A DNA stretch of 64,000 bases, taken from positions 124,001 through 188,000 of the forward strand of contig CBFFRP010000277.1 of assembly GCA_965644295.1 (NCBI GenBank). The letters are read 5' to 3'. This DNA is from Paraphysomonas bandaiensis (lineage: Eukaryota; Protista; Chrysophyceae). Positions 1 to 12,329 of this stretch are shown one piece after another. The notes beneath the pieces were generated by a model. That model did not search any database. It was not told where the DNA came from and saw nothing but the letters and a program-made list of their open reading frames with translations. Both the position numbers and the translations under genes were made by a program. Within the stretch, counting starts at the first letter, position 1; each line of letters starts with the position of its first letter.

Positions 1-412
1 ACAGAATGTATTCTCTTTTTTTGTCTTGGTGTCACCAATACTCTGCTGTATATGAATGATATGACTACAAAAATGATCCATACACGCTTTTATGTACAGA
101 ATGTTGCGAAATGTACGCCACACAAATATATAGCCTTTCAAAATATACTGTACATGACCAGGAGCAGATGTGAAAAGCAGAGTGCGCCGACATGTTTCTG
201 TTTTTTTGTCCATGTGGATATGACGAACTGTGTCTCATTGATATACCTATACGAGTCGTAGTCGTCACCTACAGCCGTACTCCCTTGCCTTGCCATCGTA
301 TATGATGACTGTCATGTGGATGGCCTGTTTCAGAGATAGGCTTTCGATATGTGTGTATCGACCGTAGTAACATTAGCACACTGCTTGAAGGTAGTTATAT
401 TAGCTCTCCAGT

Positions 413-1330
413 ATGAGTGAGGACGGAGTCAATGTCGATTCCATTCCTGAGAAGTTTGAAAAGATTCTAGACTTTATCCCTGAGGAAGAGGAGGTCGTCT
501 ATTGGCTCAACGCCAAAAATTCTGACTTTTGGGAATATTTTTCGTATATTAACAATGAAACATTCTGGAGCTGTCCACCGTTTAGTTTTGTGTTTGCATG
601 CTGCAATGCTTTCAATCTGCCTTGTTTGTATGCCGATTACAAAAACAATTCGAATAAAATATTGATTGGAACAGACGAGTCTTTAATAGTTGGATCACTT
701 GATGATACATCCTGTTGCTGCTGCTTTTCACCTAATTTTCACGCAACTGCAGATGTATATTCTTGGAAACATATTAAATTTATAGGTAGCAAACAGGAGT
801 TTGAACAGAAAAAGCAAAACCATGACTCATCCTTTTCTTGCTTGCCACGAACGGTTTTCCTGCGTAAACCTATGGATGTTCTTCTTGTTGCTAAAAGGAC
901 TAAAGAAAACGTATCGCGTGGTATCTGGCTCGATTTTGTTGAGGACAGTGACGCGCGGATAGGCGAGATCAAGGCTCTACGCAGCCGCTTGAAATCCAGA
1001 CGACGAGTTGTACAGCGCAAAAGTAAGGGGCATATGCAGCTTGTGGAGTTGGGGACATCGGCCTCGCAGCGGACTTCTGAATACTCAGAGGGATCTTCAA
1101 CACCAGAACCAAGTCCTAATCGTATGACAAGGGCACCAATTCCACGCCTAAAGGAGGGTTCTCCTACCCCTAATCCGGTGAATACTGAAGAAAAGGTGGA
1201 AGACGAGGTATTGTCGTCGTCTTCGGAAGATAGTTATAAGGATGATGAAGGAAACGATAGGGAAAGCACTCATGATGATGTCAACACCATTGATCTTTAT
1301 AGCGATAAAAAGGATTCTTCACGTATATAA
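413..1330 (+). CDS. Hypothetical protein, 305 aa, single exon; Cys clusters in the N-half and an acidic low-complexity tail
   Basis: Long ATG-initiated ORF with coding-like composition; no family recognised. Confidence 0.7.
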   Translation: MSEDGVNVDSIPEKFEKILDFIPEEEEVVYWLNAKNSDFWEYFSYINNETFWSCPPFSFVFACCNAFNLPCLYADYKNNSNKILIGTDESLIVGSLDDTSCCCCFSPNFHATADVYSWKHIKFIGSKQEFEQKKQNHDSSFSCLPRTVFLRKPMDVLLVAKRTKENVSRGIWLDFVEDSDARIGEIKALRSRLKSRRRVVQRKSKGHMQLVELGTSASQRTSEYSEGSSTPEPSPNRMTRAPIPRLKEGSPTPNPVNTEEKVEDEVLSSSSEDSYKDDEGNDRESTHDDVNTIDLYSDKKDSSRI

Positions 1331-1633
1331 CCACACAGTTCGTTGTCCAATATGTGTGTTTTGGTTATATACGTGGTTGTCATGAATTGATCCACTAGCT
1401 GACACCATCTGATGCAGTTTAATCCAGTGTACTAGTGAGTGGGTGTAATGTAGACGCTTCCTCAGCATTTTTAGTTTTCTGATGCTGTGATCTATATGTA
1501 AACTGCGCTATTTTTGAATGCGTGATGTGCACTATTAACTAATAAGAGCGCTGTTATACATTCGCCATTGTATTTACGAGTAAGAGTATTCTTCAACTGG
1601 TAAAATCTCTGTGAGTTACTTATATATGTATGA

Positions 1634-1879
1634 AAGTCTTATTATTAGCAGTAGGCGTTAAGCGTTAAGAACCAACACCAGATGAGTTGTTAGTTGAAGA
1701 CTAGTCAAGAAGCTAGATCGACCTCTACCCTCTACCAGGGATAGGGAACAATATATTGTATTGCAATCTATTTTCCCTATCCTACCAGTAATTAACTAGA
1801 ATAAATTCTCATATCCTACTATTTAACGCTACAGAAGCTGCATGTGCGTCGACACAAGCACCAAGGTGCAACCACTTCC
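1634..1879 (+). repeat. Dispersed repeat family A, copy 1 (partial)
   Basis: aagtcttattattagca...acctctacc...atcctactatttaacgctac.gaagctgc.tgtgcgtcg..caagcaccaaggt..accacttcc aligns with 61207-61385. Confidence 0.8.
1739..1782. mobile_element. 44-bp mini inverted-repeat element with a 6-bp target-site duplication
   Basis: TIR ggatagggaa/ttccctatcc flanked by taccag (1733-1738 and 1783-1788); absent from the homologous repeat copy at ~61285 (cctctacctgtaactaa). Confidence 0.65.
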
Positions 1880-1998
1880 AATCTTGTGTGTGAGGGAGAA
1901 GCTCTCTGCGGACTGCGGACGATAGTCCTTGAAATACAGAATGATTGTAGATTCATTTGTAAATGACTCTCATCCCAATTTTGTCTGAAAAAAGAGAA

Positions 1999-2152
1999 TA
2001 TCTATTATTCAACCTAGTCAAATTGGTTGAATTACCTTGTCACTCCAAAATTGGTGTAAAACCTAGTCAAGTAGTTGAAAAACCTAGTCATTTAATAATT
2101 CATGTTTTCAGTTTACAATAATGACTAGGTTGACTAGGTGTTTTAGGGTATT
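1999..2152. repeat. Dispersed MITE-like repeat family B, copy 1
   Basis: acctagtca x3 (2012, 2061, 2082) then inverted tgactaggt x2 (2122, 2131); homologous to 41367-41480. Confidence 0.7.
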
Positions 2153-4138
2153 GAATAGGTGCATTGCGAGGCCGGCCGCGTTTCCTAGCAGAGGCTTGTT
2201 GATTGAGCTAGACAGGTGCTTCGCATCATTGTCCCCTGGTGACAACATTAAGAAATAATATAAAGGACTATAAATGTATTACACATACCTCGCAAGTGAT
2301 GTACGGCTAGCGAGTGGGGGCAGTATCGACCATTGTCCATATGATTTGCACATTCTGTGCTCAATGAATAAGATTCTCTTTGAGTTCACGTACCTATAAA
2401 ATTTATTTGCTGTTAAGGATGTATAATCGATAAGTAATTAACCTCATTTCTACCCTAGACTATAATATCCATGATACTGTATGACTAACGACACACTTCT
2501 CATGACACAGTATGACAAATGACATTTTGATTACTATTTCTAATTATTCCGTTTTACGTGATAGTTATATTCTACATCTTTATTCACTTCCTACATTGTT
2601 GTGTTCATCACTTTTCCTACTCGCCACTTAAAAATTTGCATTATAGTACTCACAACATTTTTCTTACTGTTATTAAGATGAAATCTTCATATTATACACA
2701 CTGTATTCGAGTCAGTTATACTTGTACATTACTTGATTAATGTGGGAAAAAGACAATACATCGCAGTTTGTATACTCCAACTCAAACATCATTGTTCAAT
2801 AAACTTTCTATATCTTGAAAGTTATGGGCAATGTTTTAAGAGAAAATATATCTGATAATGATATCAAGCAAGAGATTAAAAGTTATGTTGTTACTATATT
2901 GCAACATACAGGACATGAATTATCCTGTTTATACCTTTCAGTTTTTAGAACGTCTTCGTATTTATAAAAATACGGAGTTTTGGTTACCGCACAGTCAACA
3001 AGTATTAGATTCCGCACAAGCAGCCTCCTTAGTACATTAGTATTATTTTGTGCTAGATAGACTTCTGTTTAGTTTTGATACTTACATGCATATTGCTAAA
3101 TAATTAGACAATGTCATTATATATCTAGATATAGTCATATTATAATATTTCATTGCATTTTTCCTTCGTGAGATTGATTAACCCATATACAATATTAGTT
3201 GGACCTTATTATTGTATAGATTCTTTAAACCACGAAGATAGGAGAGTTGCATAACTATTATATCTCTTATTAAATATTCGCTTTACTCAATTACAGTTAT
3301 AACATCTTCTTGCGACGACATTAGTAATTTTTTAAAAGTTTACTAAATTTTTAATAACTGTTATAATAGTATATATTATATCATATATATATTTCTATGT
3401 TACTTGCACATGTGGGAGTTATTGTTGTAAATTGCTCATTGTTAACTAGATCTTAGAGAGAATTTGTCGTTAGACTAGATAGATTAATTAATATCGTTTA
3501 CACGAAGTTGTGATAAACAGCACAAGCTCATTTTGTTCCACGCATAATCTCCTACACATGTGAACCTTTCGTTACTAGACATATCTTGAAAGATCAAACT
3601 ATTTCAATTTCTCAATATCATCACAGCATTTGTACATCACTACATTTCACTGTATTCAAGTACATTGTCTTCAAGTGGCATACTGAATATCCTAGCATAA
3701 CATCCATATTCTAATAGTTATGTGTATTGAGTTATAGCGTATCTTTAAAATAATATACTACTACTACTGCGGGTATACCACACAACAACGTACGATGGTG
3801 GGCAATATATATAGGTGGGCAAAATCTTACTTAGTATATTATTACCAGGACTGTGTATCAATTAAGTTTCTATTAATTGACGCTTGCTGCAGTCAATTAT
3901 AATTCCAATTATTACTTGCTTTCAATTATGCATTTATTTAATACTAAATTACATTAGCTCCCAATATAGCAATATAGCTACCTCACTGTCATTTTATTCC
4001 AGAGGCGACGGCTCCTGCGTAAAACGTAGTAATTCTTAACAACTTTTGAGTGTAAAGAGATTGTATTTTATTACCAATTAAGTGAAGCAAACTGGAGTCA
4101 ATTATAATTTCAATTATGATTTGATGTCCCAATTTCAA

Positions 4139-4540
4139 TTATATAAATTTTAAATATGGACAATTAATTGATACGCAGCCCTGAGTATTAAGGCTTCTAG
4201 CTAATTTATAATTCTCAACTCGCCATAAATTTGGTGCGTTCATACCTTCAGTCCTATATATATCAACCAGACGACCAATTCCTCCCGCGCAGAAAAATAT
4301 CTTGGTGACCTCATCCGCTGAGAAATTATCTCCTTTATACCGTGCACGACAATACTCCTTCAGGAATTCAGGGGTGCGAGGAGGACGGGTTGAGATATAG
4401 TACACAACCCACACTTAATACTAGGGTATATCGACTCGCCCGACTGTCCAGAGTGGGCTTCAAAGACATATTCCACATTTTGACTGTGCCCCGAAAATCG
4501 ACCACTTCTTCCCTGTCCTGCTTCTCAAATCAGTATTATT
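4139..4540 (-). pseudogene. Probable degenerate coding fragment
   Basis: GC-richer island in an AT-rich spacer; protein-like translation (EVTKIFFCAGGIGRLVDIY) with no proper start. Confidence 0.3.
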
Positions 4541-4857
4541 GATTCTAGTTCAGAAGGGGCGGTTGAAATATTAACGTGTCCTGAACTGACAGCACGTAAA
4601 ATAAAATGTTGCCGCCATGATCTTATTATGTAGATGGGCGTAAGGAATCACATCTCACATTTCTGTGCATTGAATATATAACAACAAAGAAGTGGCGTAC
4701 ATATATAAATATATCTGCCATATATGACATTAACTCTACATAGCACTGTATCGTATTGTATTGTACTTCACTGTGACCTTAAATGGATGATCATATTCAT
4801 ACTAACAGCTGCATGGACTGCTATATGATCCCACTGAGATCTGCACTGTACAGCCGG

Positions 4858-4880
4858 AGTACAGTACAGTACAGTACAGT
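4858..4880 (+). repeat. (CAGTA)n pentanucleotide microsatellite upstream of the TOG gene
   Basis: agtacagtacagtacagtacagt seen directly. Confidence 0.8.
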
Positions 4881-5254
4881 GCTGGTATTGTACTTTTCTA
4901 GATTGGATGGAGAAAATAAACTTCAATTGTGACCAAAAACTGTCTGAAATATGTGTGAAAATGCAGGAGTTGCTGTTTGCAGTAGTACAGCATGATCTTG
5001 CAGTAGTGTATACAGAGGTACACAAATGCTGCATATACAGAGTGTACTTCTGACGGATGATCCGATAGTGTATGTAGTTTAGTATGGTGTGATCTATTAA
5101 GCGGTATGGCTATTGGAATTATTACCACAATGGTGTGAAAAACTGGACACTACCAGTGATGTCTATCATCCCACCTACTGCAGTGTTTCTGCAAGCACAT
5201 ATGGTCTCTATTAACTGTATCGGCTGATCTGATCTGAGCTGATCTATTCATAGC

Positions 5255-8200
5255 ATGGACTCTGTTGATGAGGTGTTATCTCGCTTCACTGATATTCAGA
5301 ATAAACTATACAGTGACAAGAGACTCGATGATCTATTCGATATCACATACGTGTATTCACAGCTAGAGCGTTTTTGTAATGATGTGGACACCACTGTCCT
5401 TGTACAGGGGATTAATATACTTCACGACAGCATCATATTAACGAAAGGCACCAAGAATGAAGTGTTTGATTCTCAAATATCTGTGATTATTAGATCAGTT
5501 GTTAGGTGTCTGGATATCCCCAAAGACGAAGTTTCTACCATGGCGGAGTCTTTACTTCTGGATATTTGTAGTGATCAAAATTTCTCTATACTGATTAAAA
5601 AAGAGGTGGAGAAATCACGTTCATGTGGAAGTCACACTTTATCATCGCTAGAAGTCTTGGATCGGATACTTCTCAAAGCTACGGCGCCCCAGGCATCATT
5701 AATTTGTACTACAGGAGAAAATATCGATGACCGATTGGGCACTATGAATGTAAGCTCCGCTTATGGCAATGGTGTGAAAAACTCTACATGCTGTGATACC
5801 AATTCCGTCCTGCTAGAAATCAGCTTCCTTCCCCAGTCTACTACTGAGCAATGGCTGCTCGCTAGAGGTCCTGAAGAGGTCCTGATTTATACCCGCAAAT
5901 ATTCTTCGTTGTTATGTTCTGAGTGCAGGTGTCAAATGTACTTGACGAAGTGTACCAACTGTACTTGTCCCTGAACGAAGACAGACGCACCCGTTGTGTA
6001 GGCGAGGTTTCCAAACTTGTAAATCATGCGATACGCAGTATGAAGCTCAATGATGTTGCGGTGGTAGTTAATGGCTTGCAGCTGTTAGAAGCTCTCGTAA
6101 GTGATCATGCCAACGAGTTCATTCCGGAGTTGAGTGCCCTATTTCCTCGAATTCAGGTGACTCAGTGGACTTAGTATTCTGTAGCATTCTTTATTGGGTC
6201 TGTTTAGTCGTCACAATTTGTATTACTGTTAACATTTGTGTGTAGCAATACATGGATGACTCGAGAGTGACAGTGCGCCACCACGCCCTTCGCCTCGGTG
6301 GTGCCTTAGTCGTCCGCATCCCATTTTCTAGTACAGGTCGGTATGTTTTCGGATGTATTGATTGCAAACCTTCTCATCCCGAGATATCACTCCGATGTGC
6401 CTCATTGGCTCTTCTATGTGTACAACCCTCGCGCTCTGTCATTAACCCGCTTATATCCCGCATCGTTCTCATTGCCGGAGAGTACCTGGGAGTAACAACA
6501 ATGAGCATACCTGACTCACAGACACCAGTTCAGAGTACTGCTGCCCAAGAAGCTGCTAAAGACTTGGTCGCAATAGCTCTGATGATCCTCTGTTTCTCTG
6601 GAAACGAGGATGTCTGTGACTGCGATGCTGGTATTGAAGACGTTCTTCCTAGAAAGCTGTGCAGCCTTGTCGGAATCCCTCCAACCTTTTCCTGTAGTAG
6701 ACAAATATGTCAGCGCGCGCTTCAGTCCAACTTCCCTTCCCTTGAGAGCGAATCTTATACTTCTACCCTTGCCGCACTCGCCATGGAGAGCTCACTTAGT
6801 GACGACATGTGTCCGTCTGCCCGTCGTGGTAAAATGACGACAGGCAAATCACTATCTGAGGAATGTGAAGGCAGTGGGTATGACTCGGGAAGGCCTGTTG
6901 TGTCGTACCCTACTACGACTTCATTACCACAGACTGTGCCCGCATCTGACAATAATAGTCAGAGCAAGAACACCACACCTGGGATACGTATTGAAATCCC
7001 ATCTTCACCTGCTCTCCGTTCGCATCACCCATCCACTAGCGAGAATAATTCTTTGGAGTGCAGTATGACACTTAACAATTATCAACCCTCATGGACACCC
7101 TGTGACTCGGGTGTGACAGGGTATGCCTCCCTCGCATCTCCTTGGGCATGTACAAGTAAACGTATGGAGGCGGATGGGGATAATGATTTGGACAAGAGTA
7201 AATTACGGTCCATCAAGAGGGGTGGGCGGAAACCCGGCTCACGACTACGGGCGCGGACTGCAGACCAAACTTCGCAGTCAGATGAGTGGACAGCGGGGTC
7301 TCTTCAAAATGCTCCTGCCACCGCATTTGGTCGTATTGGTGGTAGCTCGGAGGGAGACATGCCTTTGCATGAGTTGAAGACGCCTGTCGACACTCCAAGC
7401 CCAGATCCCATAATTGGATCGAACACACCAATTGAACTGGGTCGCTATTCTAATGACGGCAAGAGAGAGCATCGGCTTGAGGGAAAGTCCCGGGCTCCAT
7501 TGCCTCCGAGGCCTATGGTTCCGACAGCCAATCACCGATCAAAGTTAGTCCTTGAGAGCAATGGGTCTGGGGTAGAGACACACCTTTCCCTCCGAGTGGG
7601 CAATTATGATTGCGACAGTGATACAAAACTGAGCGCTGAGGAAGATGATCGCGATCCCCACAGAAGCGAGACGGAGTTTGGCATGCCAAAGCGACCACAT
7701 TTATCGAAGCCGAAGAACATAGCGCTTTCAACTGGGTCTGACGAAGACAGTGGGAACGGATTCGCGATATGTGGGTCATCTGTGTTTGGAAGTAATGATG
7801 CTGCTGATGGGGATGGGTTTTCATTCGTTGCGTCTCGGCCCCCTCGACGTAATCGTCATAATCCTCAACGAAAGGAACCCTGCAAAACATCACTTAGTGA
7901 CCCGCACACAGATGAAGACAAGATAGCTCGAGTCGCGAGATCTTCCGATGACGATAATGGTGTTGCAAGTTCTCAAGAGACTTTTGAATATCTTTCCACA
8001 GACCAGCTGCTACCTTGTGTTAAGCCGAAGAGGGATATTAATAAAGTTGTTAGTGGTCTTGCAAATCATGACTGGCCTGATATATTTCACACACTCAACA
8101 TCGTACGGCAGCTTGCTATTCACCATGGAAATGACCTTCATTCGAGCGGTCACCTTCATACCATCGTTCTGGGTGTCATGAAACAAGTTGAGAACTTGAG

Positions 8201-9956
8201 ATCGGCAGCTGCGAAGAATGCTATTCTTGCATTAGGAGATATATATCGCGGACTCAAAGTTGGAGTAGATGCGGAAGTTGCAGCCTCAGGAGCCGTTCTT
8301 ATCAAGGTGTCATCCCATTTCGTATTATCTTCTGGATCTCACGTTTTTTTCTAATCAGAGAGTTGCCGATAGTAGTGTTTTTATTAGTGAGAGTATTGAT
8401 GATTCTCTGACTGCAATGATCGATAATGTCAGTCCATCCCGTACGCTCACAGCACTGCTTTCAGGAATCGACAATCGTAGTGGCTCGATACGAGGTCAAG
8501 TTGTCCGCATGATTGTCATCTTATTTCAGAATAGGTAGTGGTATTTCAGAATGTACTTTACATGTATGTCATTTTATGTGTGTGACAGGACAATGGAATT
8601 GAATAATACGAAGGACTTAGAGGCTCTCTTTTCCAAAATGCCGAAGATGCTTGCAGACACGTCACCAGAGTCGAGGACCTTTGGACGAGAGCTTGTGAGA
8701 TTGCTCCTGACATCGCGCTTGACAACAAAAAAATATATGGAAGAATTATTGTCTGAAGAGATTGTGAAGAAATCGTTACGGCAGTCAGGAGATTATATCA
8801 CGAATCGGTTTTCTTCCCTTACACGATCACCTGGTGGAAATCGAAGCGGAAGTCCCGTGAGTCGTTACAATTTGTCGAATAAAACGAAAAAGAATTCCTG
8901 TCGTCAATTGAACGGAACAGGGGACCTTTCTATTAACGTGCGTGATGGATCAGATTATGACAGTCCAACTGAGGACCTCGTAGTGTCTGGTAGGAGTCCC
9001 AGAGCCGGATCTAACTGTGCCGGAGGAATTGCATCGATGAGTCGGAAAAGGGGGGGATGTAACGTAGAGAGTCAGGGACGGACTCTCACTAAACTTCAAC
9101 AGGAAAATTACCCTGAGATAGTGGCCCTGCCGGGAATTATTAATGGCCTGTCAAGCAAGAACTGGAGTGAAAGACGAGACAGCCTCACCACACTCTGTGA
9201 TTCTATGCTTCTAAACTATGAGCTGTTTGCTAAGGCTGGAAAGTTACAGGAGTGTATGGAGAGTATGCTTGAACGATTTGATGATGGATCTGTAAAGGTG
9301 GAAGTTAGATGATATGTGTATCATTTCTCATTGTTTGGGTTTGTTTAGGTTGTGCTACATGCGGTGTCCTGTGTAAGTCGAGCGCATGCCCAATATCCAA
9401 ATATTCTTTCGACCATGCTGTTAACAAGCCTTCCTGCGGTGTTAAATGTGGAATCATCGGCAAACAAGTAGGCAATGTATGTTTTGTGTTTTCTGTAACT
9501 GGTATTTTTAGGCAAGTAGCCAAAGAAGGAGCGTTATTACTAGCGTCTCTTCTTGCTGTCGCTCCCAACACGGCACTATCACAACAACTAGTTGGAATAG
9601 CTCTCCATGATAAAGATCGTGCCAGAGCCGCAGCATTCCGAGCCATGACTAAGTACATTTATATACATATCGCACGAGAAAAGCGAAATGAAGCTCCTGC
9701 GGGAACGATTGCGACAATAATGAAAAGGTTGTGCTCTATGTATAGTGTCTGTATATTGCTGACGACGCCTGTTAATATGTGCAGAAACTTTTACCCAGTA
9801 GTTTGTCAAACTTTGTGTTCGAACAGTTCGAAATCTGAAGTGAAAACCTTTGCGGCAGACACTCTTCGCGCAATTCAAAAGAATTCGAATGAGTATATAG
9901 GGGATTGGACGGACTCGCCAGTTTATAAAGAAGAATTGAAGCGAATTCTATCGTAG
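5255..9956 (+). CDS. Multi-exon TOG/HEAT-repeat microtubule-binding protein (TOGARAM/FAM179/CLASP-like)
   Basis: ORFs 5255, 5923, 6252, 8269, 8551 and 9309 join through GT-AG introns. TOG motifs WPDIFHTLNIVRQLAIHH, NLRSAAAKNAILALGD, LADTSPESR, SSKNWSERRDSL; Ser-rich linkers. Confidence 0.8.
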
Positions 9957-12329
9957 TATTCCTATAAATATCCTTGTGTATGTGTTATGTTTGAAATTGA
10001 GTGATATGTGTCTGTCAATAGCCTTAAATTCAATTTTGGAGGTAGAAGTTGTTGGATCGACTTGAATTTTGCGCAATTCGTTATTACGAAATATGTATAC
10101 ATGCGCTGTGTGTATTAATCAGATTTATAGCAAATGACTTAGGGCAGGATTTGTGCGATTATAGGAAATCATAATGTTGAGATCAGCTGTATGATTGTGC
10201 AGCAATTGAAGAGAGTTTTTGATAGGGGAAACGAACTCATATAATGGGAAAGAATGTTTTCAGTTAATGATTAACTATGACACATAGCATGACGTTTTAT
10301 TCATTTTGGTTGCGAAAGCCTATGTCTCTGTTTGTAACATATACTTCTCGTGTCCATAAGTGATGCGTCCTATATCCACTATCAACTGAATTTATCGTAC
10401 CTCATGAATGACGTGCGTGTTATCCCCATTTGATTAAATTTTATTTTCATCTTGAAATCAGCGGCAGTACAGTACTGCATTCTAACAATTGATGCTGTAT
10501 GTAAAGACAAACTTTTGGCATATTGCTGAAACCTTTATATAACACCAGCAGGAGTATCCTGTAGCTTCTTAATAAGCTTAAAAGAATTCAAATTTCTCAA
10601 TACTGGAATACGTACTGCAATGTGTAATGTACTACTGGAGAGATAATATGCATTGGACTGAAACATAGAAGGGTGTGTTGTCGTCTCCGTATGTGGTATA
10701 TAACGGGAGTGAGATGTTGGTTCAGTATATATTACATATATGTACATGTGTATATTATCTGTATGCTGTATCCTACGCCTCACAGGATTCTTGTAGAATA
10801 GAGTGTATTGCGGAGAGCTAGCTGCAGTATGATTGCATCACACTAAAGAATGATAAAGTCCGGCTTCTATCAGGGCTGCGTAACTATTAATAGCAATTAA
10901 TTTGCCAATTACTATCTAATTAAATTAGCTACTCATTACAAGCACGAATAGCGTCTTCTACTGTACTTGCATTCCACAGAAGTCTATTAAAGCGCAAGAA
11001 CGCAAGGGCCTTCGATCGATGGGGTGCCATGGAACAATCACGAGAGACAGGAGGAAATCCTTCAGATTCGGCTAGTTGTCAACCAACAACTAATTGGAGT
11101 GTAAGATAACTACAATAACAAGGTATGTATACCAATAGTATTCAAAGTAACCTTTAATAAAAACTGATTATATAGTATAGTCCGTCCTCATACACAACCC
11201 CCTTCCACATCATTAGTCTGCAACAAATAAAGACTAGTATTTCGCAACCCATTTCGTAATATAAGCAAGTCTGATTATTACATGAGAACGGTTGTGTACT
11301 GAAACTAGTTTTACATAACTAATAACTGGACTTGCTATATATACTACTAGTGGCGGGCAACCGTTAATCCATTTCATAACATATACAAGAGTCAGTTTAG
11401 GTTTCTTATTTATAATCTATGATTATGGGGTGTCAGTTTCAACATACAGAACTTGCGGTCGCAAAGTACATTCAGCTCGATTTCTCGCAGTATGCTATCT
11501 ATAAGTTGGTAAAAAAGTAAAGTGCCAGTAATTATAACAAAGACATAGCTCTTCACTTCTTAATTTCAGTTCCCCAGGGCGTAGGTGTTCCTACCTTTTT
11601 ACGCGTAGTATATAGTGAAAAAGTATGCATCTAATACAACAATACTATTTTTTATCAGAGAGCATTCACTCTGCTGTACCTTAACCACGTGTCTCTATTT
11701 AACAAGAAATTTCAGCCGTTTATCTACCTTGCTTCTGTGCATGATAATGGCGTTACATTTTATTTGACATACGTAGAAGTATGAGATCATTATAACGTAA
11801 GAATGCTATGTTTCAAAATGTGACGTGCACAATTACAGCACGAGGGGTACATCGTCGAGGGCAAACATTTGATTAGTGACTGACAACAAATACCACAACA
11901 TCGACTGTCGATGAGGGAGCCCCCTTGGGGGTGAGGGAAAGAGTTCTCTTTTTCTAGTATAGTTTTGACTACGGCGTCATTGTATTAATCCGCTTAACAA
12001 ACTATTTCAATAAGATTGCAAAGTCGGTTCCTTTTATTACATATTACCTTGTTGGACTATATTTATACTAACTATATAAATATCTCTTTAAATACTTATG
12101 AATCGTATTTTACTGGGAATGAGTGTGTCATTACGTCATCGGTTCGGTTATTGCTACACGCCCAAAATATATAATTTTATTTTGGCAATAGATTTTCAGG
12201 AGCCGAACTGGACAGAACAAACCAATCAAAAATGCAGATATTGATGTTGTTTTAGAAAAATCAAATAATTATTTAAACAAACAAAGATATCTTCACTTAA
12301 ACAAAGCCCAATATTTATTTAACATGAAA

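Noticed and set aside
6516-8181. Overlapping or antisense short ORFs in the TOG gene, and likewise in other long CDSs
   Set aside because: Shadow ORFs of genuine coding sequence with no independent motifs.
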